Assembly (NCBI GenBank): GCA_017470245.1
Contig: JAFUEV010000044.1
Coordinates: 51,904 to 115,903, forward strand
Direction: 5' to 3'
DNA length: 64,000 bases
Origin: a bacterium
Lineage (GTDB): Bacteria; Cyanobacteriota; Vampirovibrionia; Gastranaerophilales; Gastranaerophilaceae
Position numbers and translations under genes: made by a program. The notes below the pieces were generated by a model, which was not told the origin of the DNA, did not search any database, and worked only from the letters and a program-made list of their open reading frames with translations. This document shows, one piece after another, positions 43,786 to 53,554 of this stretch. Positions within the stretch are counted from its first letter, which is position 1. The number at the start of each line of letters is the position of its first letter.

Positions 43786-45762
43786 ATGGATAAGAATTTG
43801 AGAGTTAAATTTTTAGTTTTTATATTGTTTTTATTAGTTTCAGTGTTAATTTATATAGCTTCTGTTCATTACTTTGACAATAAAACTAATGATTTTTTTA
43901 CAAAGATAATTACAGTAGTTAAGAATAATAAATCTTCAGATAATGTTGTATTGGTGGAAATAGATGATAAATCTTTAAATGAAATATCTTGGCCTTGGCG
44001 TCGTGATTTGTTCTCTAATATTTTTGATTATTTGGAAAATTATTGTCATGCAAAAGTAATTGTTTTTAATAATTTAATTTTATATCCTGATACTTATTAT
44101 CCTGAAAGTGATAAGGTATTTAATAATTCACTAAAGAACTATAAAAACGTAATTAATAGTTATATCCTTTTTAATTCAGGTGTTTCAGGGGATATTCTTC
44201 CGAATGAATATATTGATATATTTAATACAAAGACAGATATCAAAATTCGAGATGAAAGAACTGATAAATTTTTACCTTCATATAGGGGAATTGTTAATCT
44301 TCCCAAAGAATTTTTGATTAGTACTAATGCTCTTGCTGCATCAATAATTCCGGAAGACAGAGACGAGATTGTCAGAAATTATATGCCTATTGTAAAATAT
44401 AATGATGACTTTTATCCTTCTGTAGCGCTTAGTGCCTATTCTATGTATACTGGTATCAAATCTTATGTATTATATGATAATTATCTTTGCTCTGATGATA
44501 ATTGCAAAACTTTAAAAATGCCTGTTATTCAAAAGAAAAATAAAGATTATATCGGTAATACCGTTTATGGTATTTTTACTTATGTTAATTGGTATAAACC
44601 CACGGGTAAATTTTATACTCATAAAAAGTATTCGGCTATTGATGTTATAAATTCATATAATGATGAAAAATTGGGCAATACTCCAAAACTTTCTCCCGAA
44701 TTATTTAAAGATAAAATTGTTCTTGTAGGGCTAAATTCCGATCAAAATGTATGGGACAGATTGAGTGAAACATCTATTTTAAAAAAACAGTCTGATATTG
44801 ATGTACATGCTACCGTTATTAGTAACATGTTACAGAATTCATTTAAAACTCTTTCGGATAATGTTCGTATTATATTTTTAACGATTTTTTTCTGCTTTTT
44901 CATAATAAGAGGCTTTAGACATTTAAAAGATAATTTGATTTTTACGGCTATTTTGGCATCTCTATATTTAATTTATTATATTTTTCAATTTAACTTTAAT
45001 GTCCTAATTCCGCCAATTTCTCCTATTATCATTATGTTTACTGCTGCTATTCTAAAATTTATTTATACGGTTATAACTTCCGACAGAAACAGTGAACTAA
45101 TGAAAAAAGCAATGAGCAAATATGTTTCTAAAGATGTTATGAAAAAAGTTGTTTCTAATCTTGATACTGTCAAGTTAGGCGGTGTTAGAACTGAAGTTAC
45201 GATTTTATTTATAGATATAAGAAATTTTACACAGATAGCGGAATCACTTCCTCCCAATGAAGTTTCTTCAATATTAAATGATTATTTTTCTGTTGTTGAA
45301 CCCATTATTGTTAAATATGACGGTGTTGTTAATAAATATATGGGTGATGGGATTTTGGCTCTTTTTGGAGAACCGGTTAAAAATGAAAATCATGCAATAA
45401 ATGCGGTTACTTGCGGTATGGAAATAATTAATGAAGTAAATAAATTAAAAGAAAATTTTATTGTTGAAGGTAAACCTAAAATTGATATTGGTTTAGGTAT
45501 TAATACAGGTGAAGCGTTTGTTGGGAATGTCGGTTCTGACGAAAGGCTTGAATATACCGTAATCGGTGATAGTGTCAATCTCGCTTCCAGAATTGAAACA
45601 TATAACCATATATTGAAAACTCAATTCTTAATTAGTGAGTATACTTATGAATATGTCAAAGATTATGTTGATGTTGTTAAATTAAGTGAAATTTCTTTAA
45701 AAGGAAAATCTAAACCAATTGATATGTATGAAGTTTTGAGAATTAATAAAATAAATGACTGA
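43786..45762 (+). CDS. CHASE2 sensor domain-containing class III adenylate/guanylate cyclase
   Basis: 658 aa with an N-terminal TM, an extracytoplasmic CHASE2-like region (EIDDKSLNEISWPWRRD) and 3 TM segments. The cyclase domain has LFIDIRNFT, KYMGDGILALFG, GINTGEAFVGNVGS and YTVIGDSVNLASRIE. Confidence 0.85.
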   Translation: MDKNLRVKFLVFILFLLVSVLIYIASVHYFDNKTNDFFTKIITVVKNNKSSDNVVLVEIDDKSLNEISWPWRRDLFSNIFDYLENYCHAKVIVFNNLILYPDTYYPESDKVFNNSLKNYKNVINSYILFNSGVSGDILPNEYIDIFNTKTDIKIRDERTDKFLPSYRGIVNLPKEFLISTNALAASIIPEDRDEIVRNYMPIVKYNDDFYPSVALSAYSMYTGIKSYVLYDNYLCSDDNCKTLKMPVIQKKNKDYIGNTVYGIFTYVNWYKPTGKFYTHKKYSAIDVINSYNDEKLGNTPKLSPELFKDKIVLVGLNSDQNVWDRLSETSILKKQSDIDVHATVISNMLQNSFKTLSDNVRIIFLTIFFCFFIIRGFRHLKDNLIFTAILASLYLIYYIFQFNFNVLIPPISPIIIMFTAAILKFIYTVITSDRNSELMKKAMSKYVSKDVMKKVVSNLDTVKLGGVRTEVTILFIDIRNFTQIAESLPPNEVSSILNDYFSVVEPIIVKYDGVVNKYMGDGILALFGEPVKNENHAINAVTCGMEIINEVNKLKENFIVEGKPKIDIGLGINTGEAFVGNVGSDERLEYTVIGDSVNLASRIETYNHILKTQFLISEYTYEYVKDYVDVVKLSEISLKGKSKPIDMYEVLRINKIND

Positions 45763-48166
45763 TAATTATTTTGAAAAAGTAGATATTGAACACATAAAAA
45801 GAGCAATTCAAATTGAAGAAAAATATCAATATATTGATATTAATGGAAAAGAGTCTACTTTTTCGGGATTTATGATAAAAAATATAAAAAATATTTATAA
45901 ATTTTCAGGTAAGAATACTAAGTGGCTGCCTGTGATAGAAGCATTCGAACATTATCGACACGAAAATATATTTCAGCGTAAAAAAACGATTACAAGATTT
46001 GTATCACTTTTAAAACAAGATATGCAAAAACAGTCAACAGTTAAGCCTTCTGATAATAATACTGATACACTTTATGAATCAGATGTAGTTATGCTAAAAG
46101 GTGTAGGACCAAAATTTGGTTATTTGTTAAATAAGCTTGGAATTTTTTCGGTTTTTGACTTAATAAGTTATTTCCCCAAAAAGTATATAGACTATTCATC
46201 AAGATGCCTTATTAAACATCTCAAAGAAGGTGAAAATGTTACAATATACGGCAAAATTTCTTCTTTAAAACATTATACAACCAAAAATAACCTTACAATT
46301 ATAAAAGTCAATGTTAGCGATGAATCCGGTTCAATTGAATTGAATTTCTTTTATTCTAAGATTAACAGATATTCTATCGAACGCTATAAATCTCAATTCC
46401 CTATCGGTTCATCAATAATAATTTCCGGTACGGCTAAATTTGATAAATATAACAAAAAAATGACAATTGATAAGCCCCAACATCAAATTATCAGTGAGGA
46501 CAATTTTAATTCTGATAACTTAAATTTAGGTAGAATAGTTCCTGTATATCCTTTAGTAGAAAATCTTAATATAAAGGCTTTAAGAAAGGCTATACATAAT
46601 GCATTGGAATTATATAGTTCTAATATTAAAAATATTGTTCCTGATGAATTAATAAAGAAAAATTCAATGTATGATAGAGCACTGGCTTTAAATATTATTC
46701 ATTTCCCTGAAAATGAACAACAACTTGAAAAAGCAAGATATACACTTGTGTATGAAGAATTATTTTTATTAGAGTTAAAAATGTTGTTATTACGTGAGTT
46801 AACGGCTAAAACATATAAAACAGTTTCTTTGGAAGTAAAAGAAGACGGTCTTGTAAATAAGTTTATAAAATCATTGCCTTTTGAACTTACTCAAGCGCAG
46901 AAAAGAGCGATTAATGAAATATTAAATGATATTAATTCTAATCGACCTATGCAAAGATTATTACAAGGTGATGTCGGTAGCGGAAAAACCGTAGTTGCTT
47001 GTATAATGTTGTTGGCTGCTATTGAAAACGGGTATCAAACCGCTATTATGGCTCCTACTGAAATTCTAGCACAACAGCATTTTAATAATTTTATAAAGTG
47101 GTTAACACCATTTGGTATAAATGTTGGATTATTTACATCATCAAATTCAAAAAAACAAAGAACTAAGCTTGAAACTGATTTGAGAAACGGACAAATAAAT
47201 ATCGCTGTAGGAACTCATTCTTTAATCCAAGATAATATTGAATTTAATAATCTCGGTGCTATTGTTATTGATGAACAACATAGGTTTGGTGTAAAACAAA
47301 GAAATATTTTAAGAAACAAAGCTGAAATTCCTCAGCTATTGACAATGACTGCAACACCAATCCCCAGAACTCTTGCATTAACTGTTCATGGTGATTTGGA
47401 TTTGACTGTTATAGATGAATTGCCTAAGGGTCGTAAACCTGTTAAAACGGCATTGATTTCTTCATCCCAAAGAAAAAAAGCACATAATTTAATATTAGAT
47501 GAAGTAAAAAATGGACATCAGGCATATATCGTTTTCCCTTTAATTGATGAGTCAGAAACCCTATCTGCTAAGGCTGCTACTAAAGAAGCTGAAGAACTTC
47601 AAAACGGAATATTTAAAAATATAAATGTTGGGCTTCTTCACGGCAAAATGAAAACAGACGAAAAAGACAAAGTAATGTCAGATTTTAAAAATAAACTATA
47701 TGATGTCCTTGTTTGTACGACAGTTGTCGAAGTAGGTGTTGATGTTCCTAATGCTACTGTTATTGTTATAGAAAATGCAGAAAGATTCGGACTTTCACAA
47801 CTCCATCAGTTACGTGGAAGAGTAGGAAGAAGCAGCATACAGTCTTATTGTGTTCTTGTTTCTTCTTCTAAAAATGAAGAAACTATGTATAGGCTTAATG
47901 TTTTAGTTCAAACTAATGACGGATTTATTATTGCCGAGAAAGACCTTGAAATAAGAGGCCCCGGAGAATTTTTAGGAACAAGACAAAGCGGTATTGCAGA
48001 ACTACATCTTGCTGATTTAACACGTGATTTACCTATACTTGAAATTGCCAGAAAAGATGCCAGAAATTATTTATCTTCCCGTAAAAAAAGTGATTTTTCC
48101 GAAGAATTGAAAAATTATATAAATTATTCTGTTAGTGCAACAGGTGATTTAACTGCTTCAGGTTAG
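45755..48166 (+). CDS. recG: ATP-dependent DNA helicase RecG
   Basis: 803 aa with a wedge/OB region. Motifs present are GDVGSGKT, DEQHRFG, TATPIPRT and QLRGRVGR. It overlaps the cyclase gene by 8 nt. Confidence 0.95.
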   Translation: MTDNYFEKVDIEHIKRAIQIEEKYQYIDINGKESTFSGFMIKNIKNIYKFSGKNTKWLPVIEAFEHYRHENIFQRKKTITRFVSLLKQDMQKQSTVKPSDNNTDTLYESDVVMLKGVGPKFGYLLNKLGIFSVFDLISYFPKKYIDYSSRCLIKHLKEGENVTIYGKISSLKHYTTKNNLTIIKVNVSDESGSIELNFFYSKINRYSIERYKSQFPIGSSIIISGTAKFDKYNKKMTIDKPQHQIISEDNFNSDNLNLGRIVPVYPLVENLNIKALRKAIHNALELYSSNIKNIVPDELIKKNSMYDRALALNIIHFPENEQQLEKARYTLVYEELFLLELKMLLLRELTAKTYKTVSLEVKEDGLVNKFIKSLPFELTQAQKRAINEILNDINSNRPMQRLLQGDVGSGKTVVACIMLLAAIENGYQTAIMAPTEILAQQHFNNFIKWLTPFGINVGLFTSSNSKKQRTKLETDLRNGQINIAVGTHSLIQDNIEFNNLGAIVIDEQHRFGVKQRNILRNKAEIPQLLTMTATPIPRTLALTVHGDLDLTVIDELPKGRKPVKTALISSSQRKKAHNLILDEVKNGHQAYIVFPLIDESETLSAKAATKEAEELQNGIFKNINVGLLHGKMKTDEKDKVMSDFKNKLYDVLVCTTVVEVGVDVPNATVIVIENAERFGLSQLHQLRGRVGRSSIQSYCVLVSSSKNEETMYRLNVLVQTNDGFIIAEKDLEIRGPGEFLGTRQSGIAELHLADLTRDLPILEIARKDARNYLSSRKKSDFSEELKNYINYSVSATGDLTASG

Positions 48167-49842
48167 TTCTTCTTTTTATATACAACTAATGTCCAATCCC
48201 CTGCCTGTGTTATTGAATCCATTTCAAAAACATATTTAAAGGAATACATCAAATTTATTCTTAAAGCGGAAAAACATAAAAATATAAATGGTGTTTTCAT
48301 ATATCTTTTATCGTCAGATATTATTTCTTGTATGCTTTCATTAGATATAAATGAAACGTTATCTAAGAATAAAATTCCTATTCTTTCGTCTTTTCTCATT
48401 TTAGTAATGAAATTATTGAATGAATATTCTTGAATTGTAGGTGCAGGATAATCTCTAAAATAATCTCGATACATCATTTTCCCGTTATGAATAACATCAT
48501 AATAATTATCATTTTTAAACATAACTTCGTTAAAATTAAATTTATCAATAGACGTAAACTTATAATTATCTTTATCTGTCAAATATCTTTTAAATTTATC
48601 TAAATCATAGTATGTTAAAATAACGTTTTCACCCGGTTTTAGTCTTGAATTACGTATTAATTCAACAGGAGCAAGATTTCCTTCCGGCCTTGTCAAACGT
48701 TGAGGTGCTTCTGGTGATGTAAATATAAATAATAAGTTCAAAATAAAATATGTTGATAATAAAACATATTTCATTTTTTTATTTGTTATTGTATAAATTC
48801 CGTAGGAGAAAGCTAAAATTAATACAGGATACATTTCTACACTATATTTAGTAGCTAAAACTATTTTCCCTATGAATGAGAAAAATACTAATGATGAAAA
48901 GAAACATAATGAACTTACTAAAAGTGTATTTAGCACTTTATTCTTTTGTTTTATAGAATTTATTATTGTAATTATTCCTATAACAAAAGGTATAATTCCA
49001 AATATTATAAAAATAAAGTTTATTTTTGAATTGTTATAAATGTACGGAATTATTTCTACCGGTGAGTTAGACAGATTTGTTTGTATTGGTGAAAAATAAT
49101 CAATAAAAGTATAGAAAATTTTAGAATATGAAAATTCCGACCAAAATTGTGATAGCGATTTTGAAAATGCTATATTGAACAATAATGGTGAAATTATAAT
49201 TATAAAAAATATAAAAGGCAGTATATATTTAATTAACTCTTTAATTTTTTGCTTAAAGTCAATTTTCTCACAATTATAACTGTATATGAAGCCTGCAATA
49301 TTAAATATAGAAAATATTATTCCGATTGTATGTGATAGACAAAGTATTGCATTCAAAACAAAATATAATATTAAGTGAATTTTTTTTCTTTCTGTTGTTG
49401 CAATATAAAATGTATAAATGAGAATTGAACATATCAAAAAGAGCAAACTGTACAATCTTGCTTCTTGTGCAAAATATATACAAAATGAACTAAAAGTTGT
49501 AAAAATAGCTGCAATATATCCGCATTCCTCATTAAACATTTTTTTTGCCAATAAAAACATTGTTGGTATACATAAAATTGAAGGGAATACAGATGACATT
49601 CTCAGTGAATAATCGGTATCACCAAATAAAAACATCCAAAACTTCAAATAAAAATAATATAAAGGGGTATGACAATTAGTTAAAATATGAGAAATCATAT
49701 CTTTAATGTTGTCCATAGATGCAATATACCAGCCCATATACTCATCATTCCATAAACCTTCAGGTTTATCTAAAAACCAAGCTCTGATTAAAAAGGCAAT
49801 TATACAAAGTAAAAATAATTTAAAAAAAGTATTGTTTTTCAT
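48163..49842 (-). CDS. GT-C family glycosyltransferase (ArnT/PMT_2-like)
   Basis: 559 aa with about 11 TM segments. It has the N-terminal loop motif GLWNDEYMGWYI and a C-terminal soluble domain. Confidence 0.75.
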   Translation of the reverse strand: MKNNTFFKLFLLCIIAFLIRAWFLDKPEGLWNDEYMGWYIASMDNIKDMISHILTNCHTPLYYFYLKFWMFLFGDTDYSLRMSSVFPSILCIPTMFLLAKKMFNEECGYIAAIFTTFSSFCIYFAQEARLYSLLFLICSILIYTFYIATTERKKIHLILYFVLNAILCLSHTIGIIFSIFNIAGFIYSYNCEKIDFKQKIKELIKYILPFIFFIIIISPLLFNIAFSKSLSQFWSEFSYSKIFYTFIDYFSPIQTNLSNSPVEIIPYIYNNSKINFIFIIFGIIPFVIGIITIINSIKQKNKVLNTLLVSSLCFFSSLVFFSFIGKIVLATKYSVEMYPVLILAFSYGIYTITNKKMKYVLLSTYFILNLLFIFTSPEAPQRLTRPEGNLAPVELIRNSRLKPGENVILTYYDLDKFKRYLTDKDNYKFTSIDKFNFNEVMFKNDNYYDVIHNGKMMYRDYFRDYPAPTIQEYSFNNFITKMRKDERIGILFLDNVSFISNESIQEIISDDKRYMKTPFIFLCFSALRINLMYSFKYVFEMDSITQAGDWTLVVYKKKN

Positions 49843-49902
49843 ATCCGTTTAGTATTACATGTAAATATAAATATAATTTTAGCATATATTATAAGTTTGA
49901 GT

Positions 49903-50841
49903 ATGAAATTAATAATTCAGATACCTTGTTATAATGAAGAAGTAGCACTTCCTGTTACTCTTTCTCAGTTACCAACACATATTGATGGTATAGACGAGAT
50001 AGAAGTTTTAATTGCAGATGATGGAAGTACTGATAGAACTATTGAAATTGCAAAAGATTATGGTGTCAAATATATTGAAACAACTACTCATCATAGAGGT
50101 TTAGCTAAAACATTTATAATGGGCATACAAAGAGCCTTGGCTGAGGGTGCTGATATTATTGTTAATACAGATGCTGATAATCAATATTGTGCAGAAGATA
50201 TAGAAAAGCTTGTTAGACCAATTTTGGAAAGTAAAGCGGACATAGTTATAGGCGCAAGACCTATAAACGAAATAAAACAGTTTTCTCCCTTTAAAAAAAT
50301 ATTACAAAAAGTCGGATCAAGAGTCGTAAGATTGTTAAGTTCAACAGAAACAGAAGATGCACCAAGCGGTTTTAGAGCTTTTTCTAAAGAAGCTGCTTTA
50401 TCAATAAATGTTTTTGATAACTATACCTATACTATAGAAACTGTTATTCAATCTAAAACAAAAGGTTTGCACATTTTATCCGTACCTATAAGAGTAAATC
50501 CGACTTATCGTAAATCACGTCTGGTTAAGAACATTTTTACTTATATTCAAAAAAATTCTTTCACAATATTAAGAATGTTTATTATTTATAGACCATTTAG
50601 ATTTTTTGCTTTAATCGGCGGTTCTATTTTATTTATAGGTTTCATTTTGTTGGCAAGATTCTTAATGCTATATTTCCTGGGTTCAGGTAACGGTTATATT
50701 CAATCCTTGATTATATCTTCAATTTTGATTATTACCGGTTTTCAAACTATGGTTTTTGGTGTTTTGGCTGATTTATTATCTATTAACAGAAAATTAATAG
50801 AAGATGTTCAAGTAAGGGTAAAAAAACTCGAAAATAAATAG
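49903..50841 (+). CDS. GT2 glycosyltransferase, polyprenyl-phosphate sugar synthase type (ArnC/DPM1-like)
   Basis: The ATG at 49903 gives MKLIIQIPCYNEE (the track starts 6 nt upstream at a TTG). Motifs DDGSTDRT and DADNQY are present. Two C-terminal TM helices are typical of ArnC/GtrB-type enzymes. Confidence 0.85.
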   Translation: MKLIIQIPCYNEEVALPVTLSQLPTHIDGIDEIEVLIADDGSTDRTIEIAKDYGVKYIETTTHHRGLAKTFIMGIQRALAEGADIIVNTDADNQYCAEDIEKLVRPILESKADIVIGARPINEIKQFSPFKKILQKVGSRVVRLLSSTETEDAPSGFRAFSKEAALSINVFDNYTYTIETVIQSKTKGLHILSVPIRVNPTYRKSRLVKNIFTYIQKNSFTILRMFIIYRPFRFFALIGGSILFIGFILLARFLMLYFLGSGNGYIQSLIISSILIITGFQTMVFGVLADLLSINRKLIEDVQVRVKKLENK

Positions 50842-50902
50842 CCTGTTGTTTATGTCAACAAGACTAAGATTATTTTTTATTAATTTAAAAGATAATCATT
50901 TT

Positions 50903-52381
50903 ATGAAATTGTTTCTTTCTATAATCATAATATTATTTTTATCTCAAGTTGTTTATGCAGATGTATCTTCATATATTGATTCATATACAAAATATTTTGA
51001 GAATGAAAGTTATAAGTCTTTTTCTCAGATTGTAAAAGGACAAGCCAGTATTTCTGATATAGAAAAACAAGTAATGCTTGATAAAGAAGTTTCACAAGAA
51101 TTAAATACTAATTTTATATATTCCGATATGGCTGAATGCATAAATATTGCGTTGGATAAGAACTATGATATCAAAATAAATAAAGCACAAAAAGATGAAA
51201 TATTTTGGTTGAATAAAAATGCTCAAGTTCAATTCCTTCCTGATATATTTTATAATTTTGATATAAAAAATTTAGGTGGTAAATATCTTGTAGGCGGAAT
51301 TGTTGCAACAACAACTCATGAAGTACCAATTCAAAGTATTGTAGGTTTTGAATGGTCAACAATTAATCAGGGCAGATACTTTTTTAATCTTGCTCAAACA
51401 AGAAACTTTTATAAAGCTGCTTTGTTTGACTATGAATTTACAAAAGAACAAACAATTTTAAATACTGTAAATGCATACTATGACTTATTAAGTATGAAAA
51501 GACAAATAGAAGTTCAAAAAATGAATTTATATAACAGGGTTGAACAACTAAAATATACAAAAGCTCGTTTTGATGCAGGAATAGGAACATTATATGATGT
51601 TAAGCGTGCACAGGCAGAAGTCGCAGGTGCTCAACAAGAATACACTACAGCTGTAAATTCTCTAAGACTACTTCAGGGACATCTGGCAAATGTCATGGGT
51701 GTAAATATTTTGGATTCCATTTATCCTTTTGAAATTGTTGTTGATATCAGAGAACTAATCGACCCGAGTGTTGATATAGAAAAATTATATGAATTTGCCC
51801 TTTCTGCCAGAGAAGATGTAAAAGCAAAGGAGGCTGAAATACGTGCATATAAAGCTCAAAAAAATGCTAATTTTGCAGATATAATTCCTGCAGTTACTGT
51901 TTCTTATCAAAATGGTTTAGTTGGAAATAAACGTTCAGGATTAGCACCTCACAACAGTATAACATTAGATGTTAGAGCATCTCTTGGTAAAAATTTATTA
52001 GCAGGGACTTTAACTCAAATTAAAGCTGATAAAGAGCTAGTTGAGCAGAAGAAATTAGAATTAATTAATTTGAAAAGACAAATAAAAGAAGATATTTTAA
52101 ATTCGTATTATGATTCTGAAAATTCTTTGAAAAAAATTGAAGCATCAAAAGTTGAAGTAGAAGCTGCTGACATTAGTTTAGAACTATCAATCGCAAATAT
52201 GAAAGCTGGTGATGCTACATTTATTGATGTAATTGCTTCTCAAAATTTGAAAGTTCAGGCAAACATCAATTTAATCAAAAATATGATAGAATACAATAAG
52301 GCCCAGACAAAATTATTGTTTGATATTGGAATTTTAAGTCCTAAAAATGTTTTAAAGGACTATAAAACCAGATTTTATTGA
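50903..52381 (+). CDS. TolC family outer membrane protein (third in the window)
   Basis: The ATG at 50903 gives the signal peptide MKLFLSIIIILFLSQVVYA. The track ORF starts at an upstream TTG at 50846. OEP-type repeats are present. Confidence 0.75.
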   Translation: MKLFLSIIIILFLSQVVYADVSSYIDSYTKYFENESYKSFSQIVKGQASISDIEKQVMLDKEVSQELNTNFIYSDMAECINIALDKNYDIKINKAQKDEIFWLNKNAQVQFLPDIFYNFDIKNLGGKYLVGGIVATTTHEVPIQSIVGFEWSTINQGRYFFNLAQTRNFYKAALFDYEFTKEQTILNTVNAYYDLLSMKRQIEVQKMNLYNRVEQLKYTKARFDAGIGTLYDVKRAQAEVAGAQQEYTTAVNSLRLLQGHLANVMGVNILDSIYPFEIVVDIRELIDPSVDIEKLYEFALSAREDVKAKEAEIRAYKAQKNANFADIIPAVTVSYQNGLVGNKRSGLAPHNSITLDVRASLGKNLLAGTLTQIKADKELVEQKKLELINLKRQIKEDILNSYYDSENSLKKIEASKVEVEAADISLELSIANMKAGDATFIDVIASQNLKVQANINLIKNMIEYNKAQTKLLFDIGILSPKNVLKDYKTRFY

Positions 52382-52400
52382 TTAGTTAGAAGGACAAAAC

Positions 52401-53486
52401 ATGAATTTAATTAAAAAAATTTTAAAAAAAATTTTTACCGGTAAGAAAACAAACATGGAAACTGAAATATATGTACAACCAGATATTATTTTTGAACTAA
52501 TAAGAAAATATATAAAAAAAGATTATACATTAAATATTGAGCTACCTGATAATATAAAGAAAGTTGCATTAATTGCAAGTGGTTCTTCTTATCATAGTGC
52601 TGCTATTGCTGCAAACTTTTTTAGACATCAGGTTCACTGTGAAGCGCAGTCATATTACGCAAGTGAAGTTTCTCTTGCAGAAAATTTTGATGTTGATAAT
52701 GATACTTTATATATTTTTATATCTCAATCTGGAGAAACATCAGATACAAATATTTCTTTGAATAAAATAAAGCAAAAAACCGATAAGACTTTAGCAATCA
52801 CAAATACAAAAGGTTCATCACTATATAATAATGCAAAATATAAATTATTAACTTTTGCAGGTGTTGAAAATGCCATTGCTTCAACTAAAGCTATGTGTGC
52901 ACAAATGTTTTGTCTCTTTTTGACGGCTGCTGCTATTATGCAGCAAAGAGAAATGCCTTCTATAGAAGTCATTGACGAACTATTAAATGTTCCTGAATAT
53001 ATTAATGCGGCTTTTCAAAAAACGAGTGCTATAAAAAGTTATGCAGAATATCTTGTTAATTATGATAATGCTGCAATCCTTGCATCAGGAATGTTTTATC
53101 CGCTGGCAAAAGAAGGTGCTCTTAAAATAAAAGAAACGGCATATATTAATACTACTGCTTATCCTACAGGTGAATTTTTACATGGGCATATAGCTATTTT
53201 GAATAAAAAATGTGCAGTTATATCTCTTGTTAATAATCATAATGCTCAATTTACAATAGATGTACTTAATAAAATTAATTCAACTTACAAAACAGATACT
53301 TTAATTATTACTGCAATACCTCTATCTCAGTTAAATTTAAGCAATATTATACATATTCCGGCTCAAAGTGATATTAATTTCCTATTTTCTTCGCTTGCTA
53401 TATTTCAGCTTCTTGCATTCTATTCTGCATCTTTACTTGACAGAAATATAGATAAACCTGAAGGCCTTGAAAAAATTGTTAAATAA
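52401..53486 (+). CDS. SIS-domain sugar-phosphate isomerase (GlmS isomerase-domain-like, lacking the glutaminase domain)
   Basis: 361 aa. Motifs present are ASGSSYHSAAIA, ISQSGETSDT, KEGALKIKETAYI and GEFLHGHIAIL. The RBS GAAGGA is present. Confidence 0.8.
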   Translation: MNLIKKILKKIFTGKKTNMETEIYVQPDIIFELIRKYIKKDYTLNIELPDNIKKVALIASGSSYHSAAIAANFFRHQVHCEAQSYYASEVSLAENFDVDNDTLYIFISQSGETSDTNISLNKIKQKTDKTLAITNTKGSSLYNNAKYKLLTFAGVENAIASTKAMCAQMFCLFLTAAAIMQQREMPSIEVIDELLNVPEYINAAFQKTSAIKSYAEYLVNYDNAAILASGMFYPLAKEGALKIKETAYINTTAYPTGEFLHGHIAILNKKCAVISLVNNHNAQFTIDVLNKINSTYKTDTLIITAIPLSQLNLSNIIHIPAQSDINFLFSSLAIFQLLAFYSASLLDRNIDKPEGLEKIVK

Positions 53487-53554
53487 TGTAAAGTATTAAT
53501 ACCATTTTTTGAAATAGTGGCACAAAAATTTTTTACAAGTTATACAATATTACG

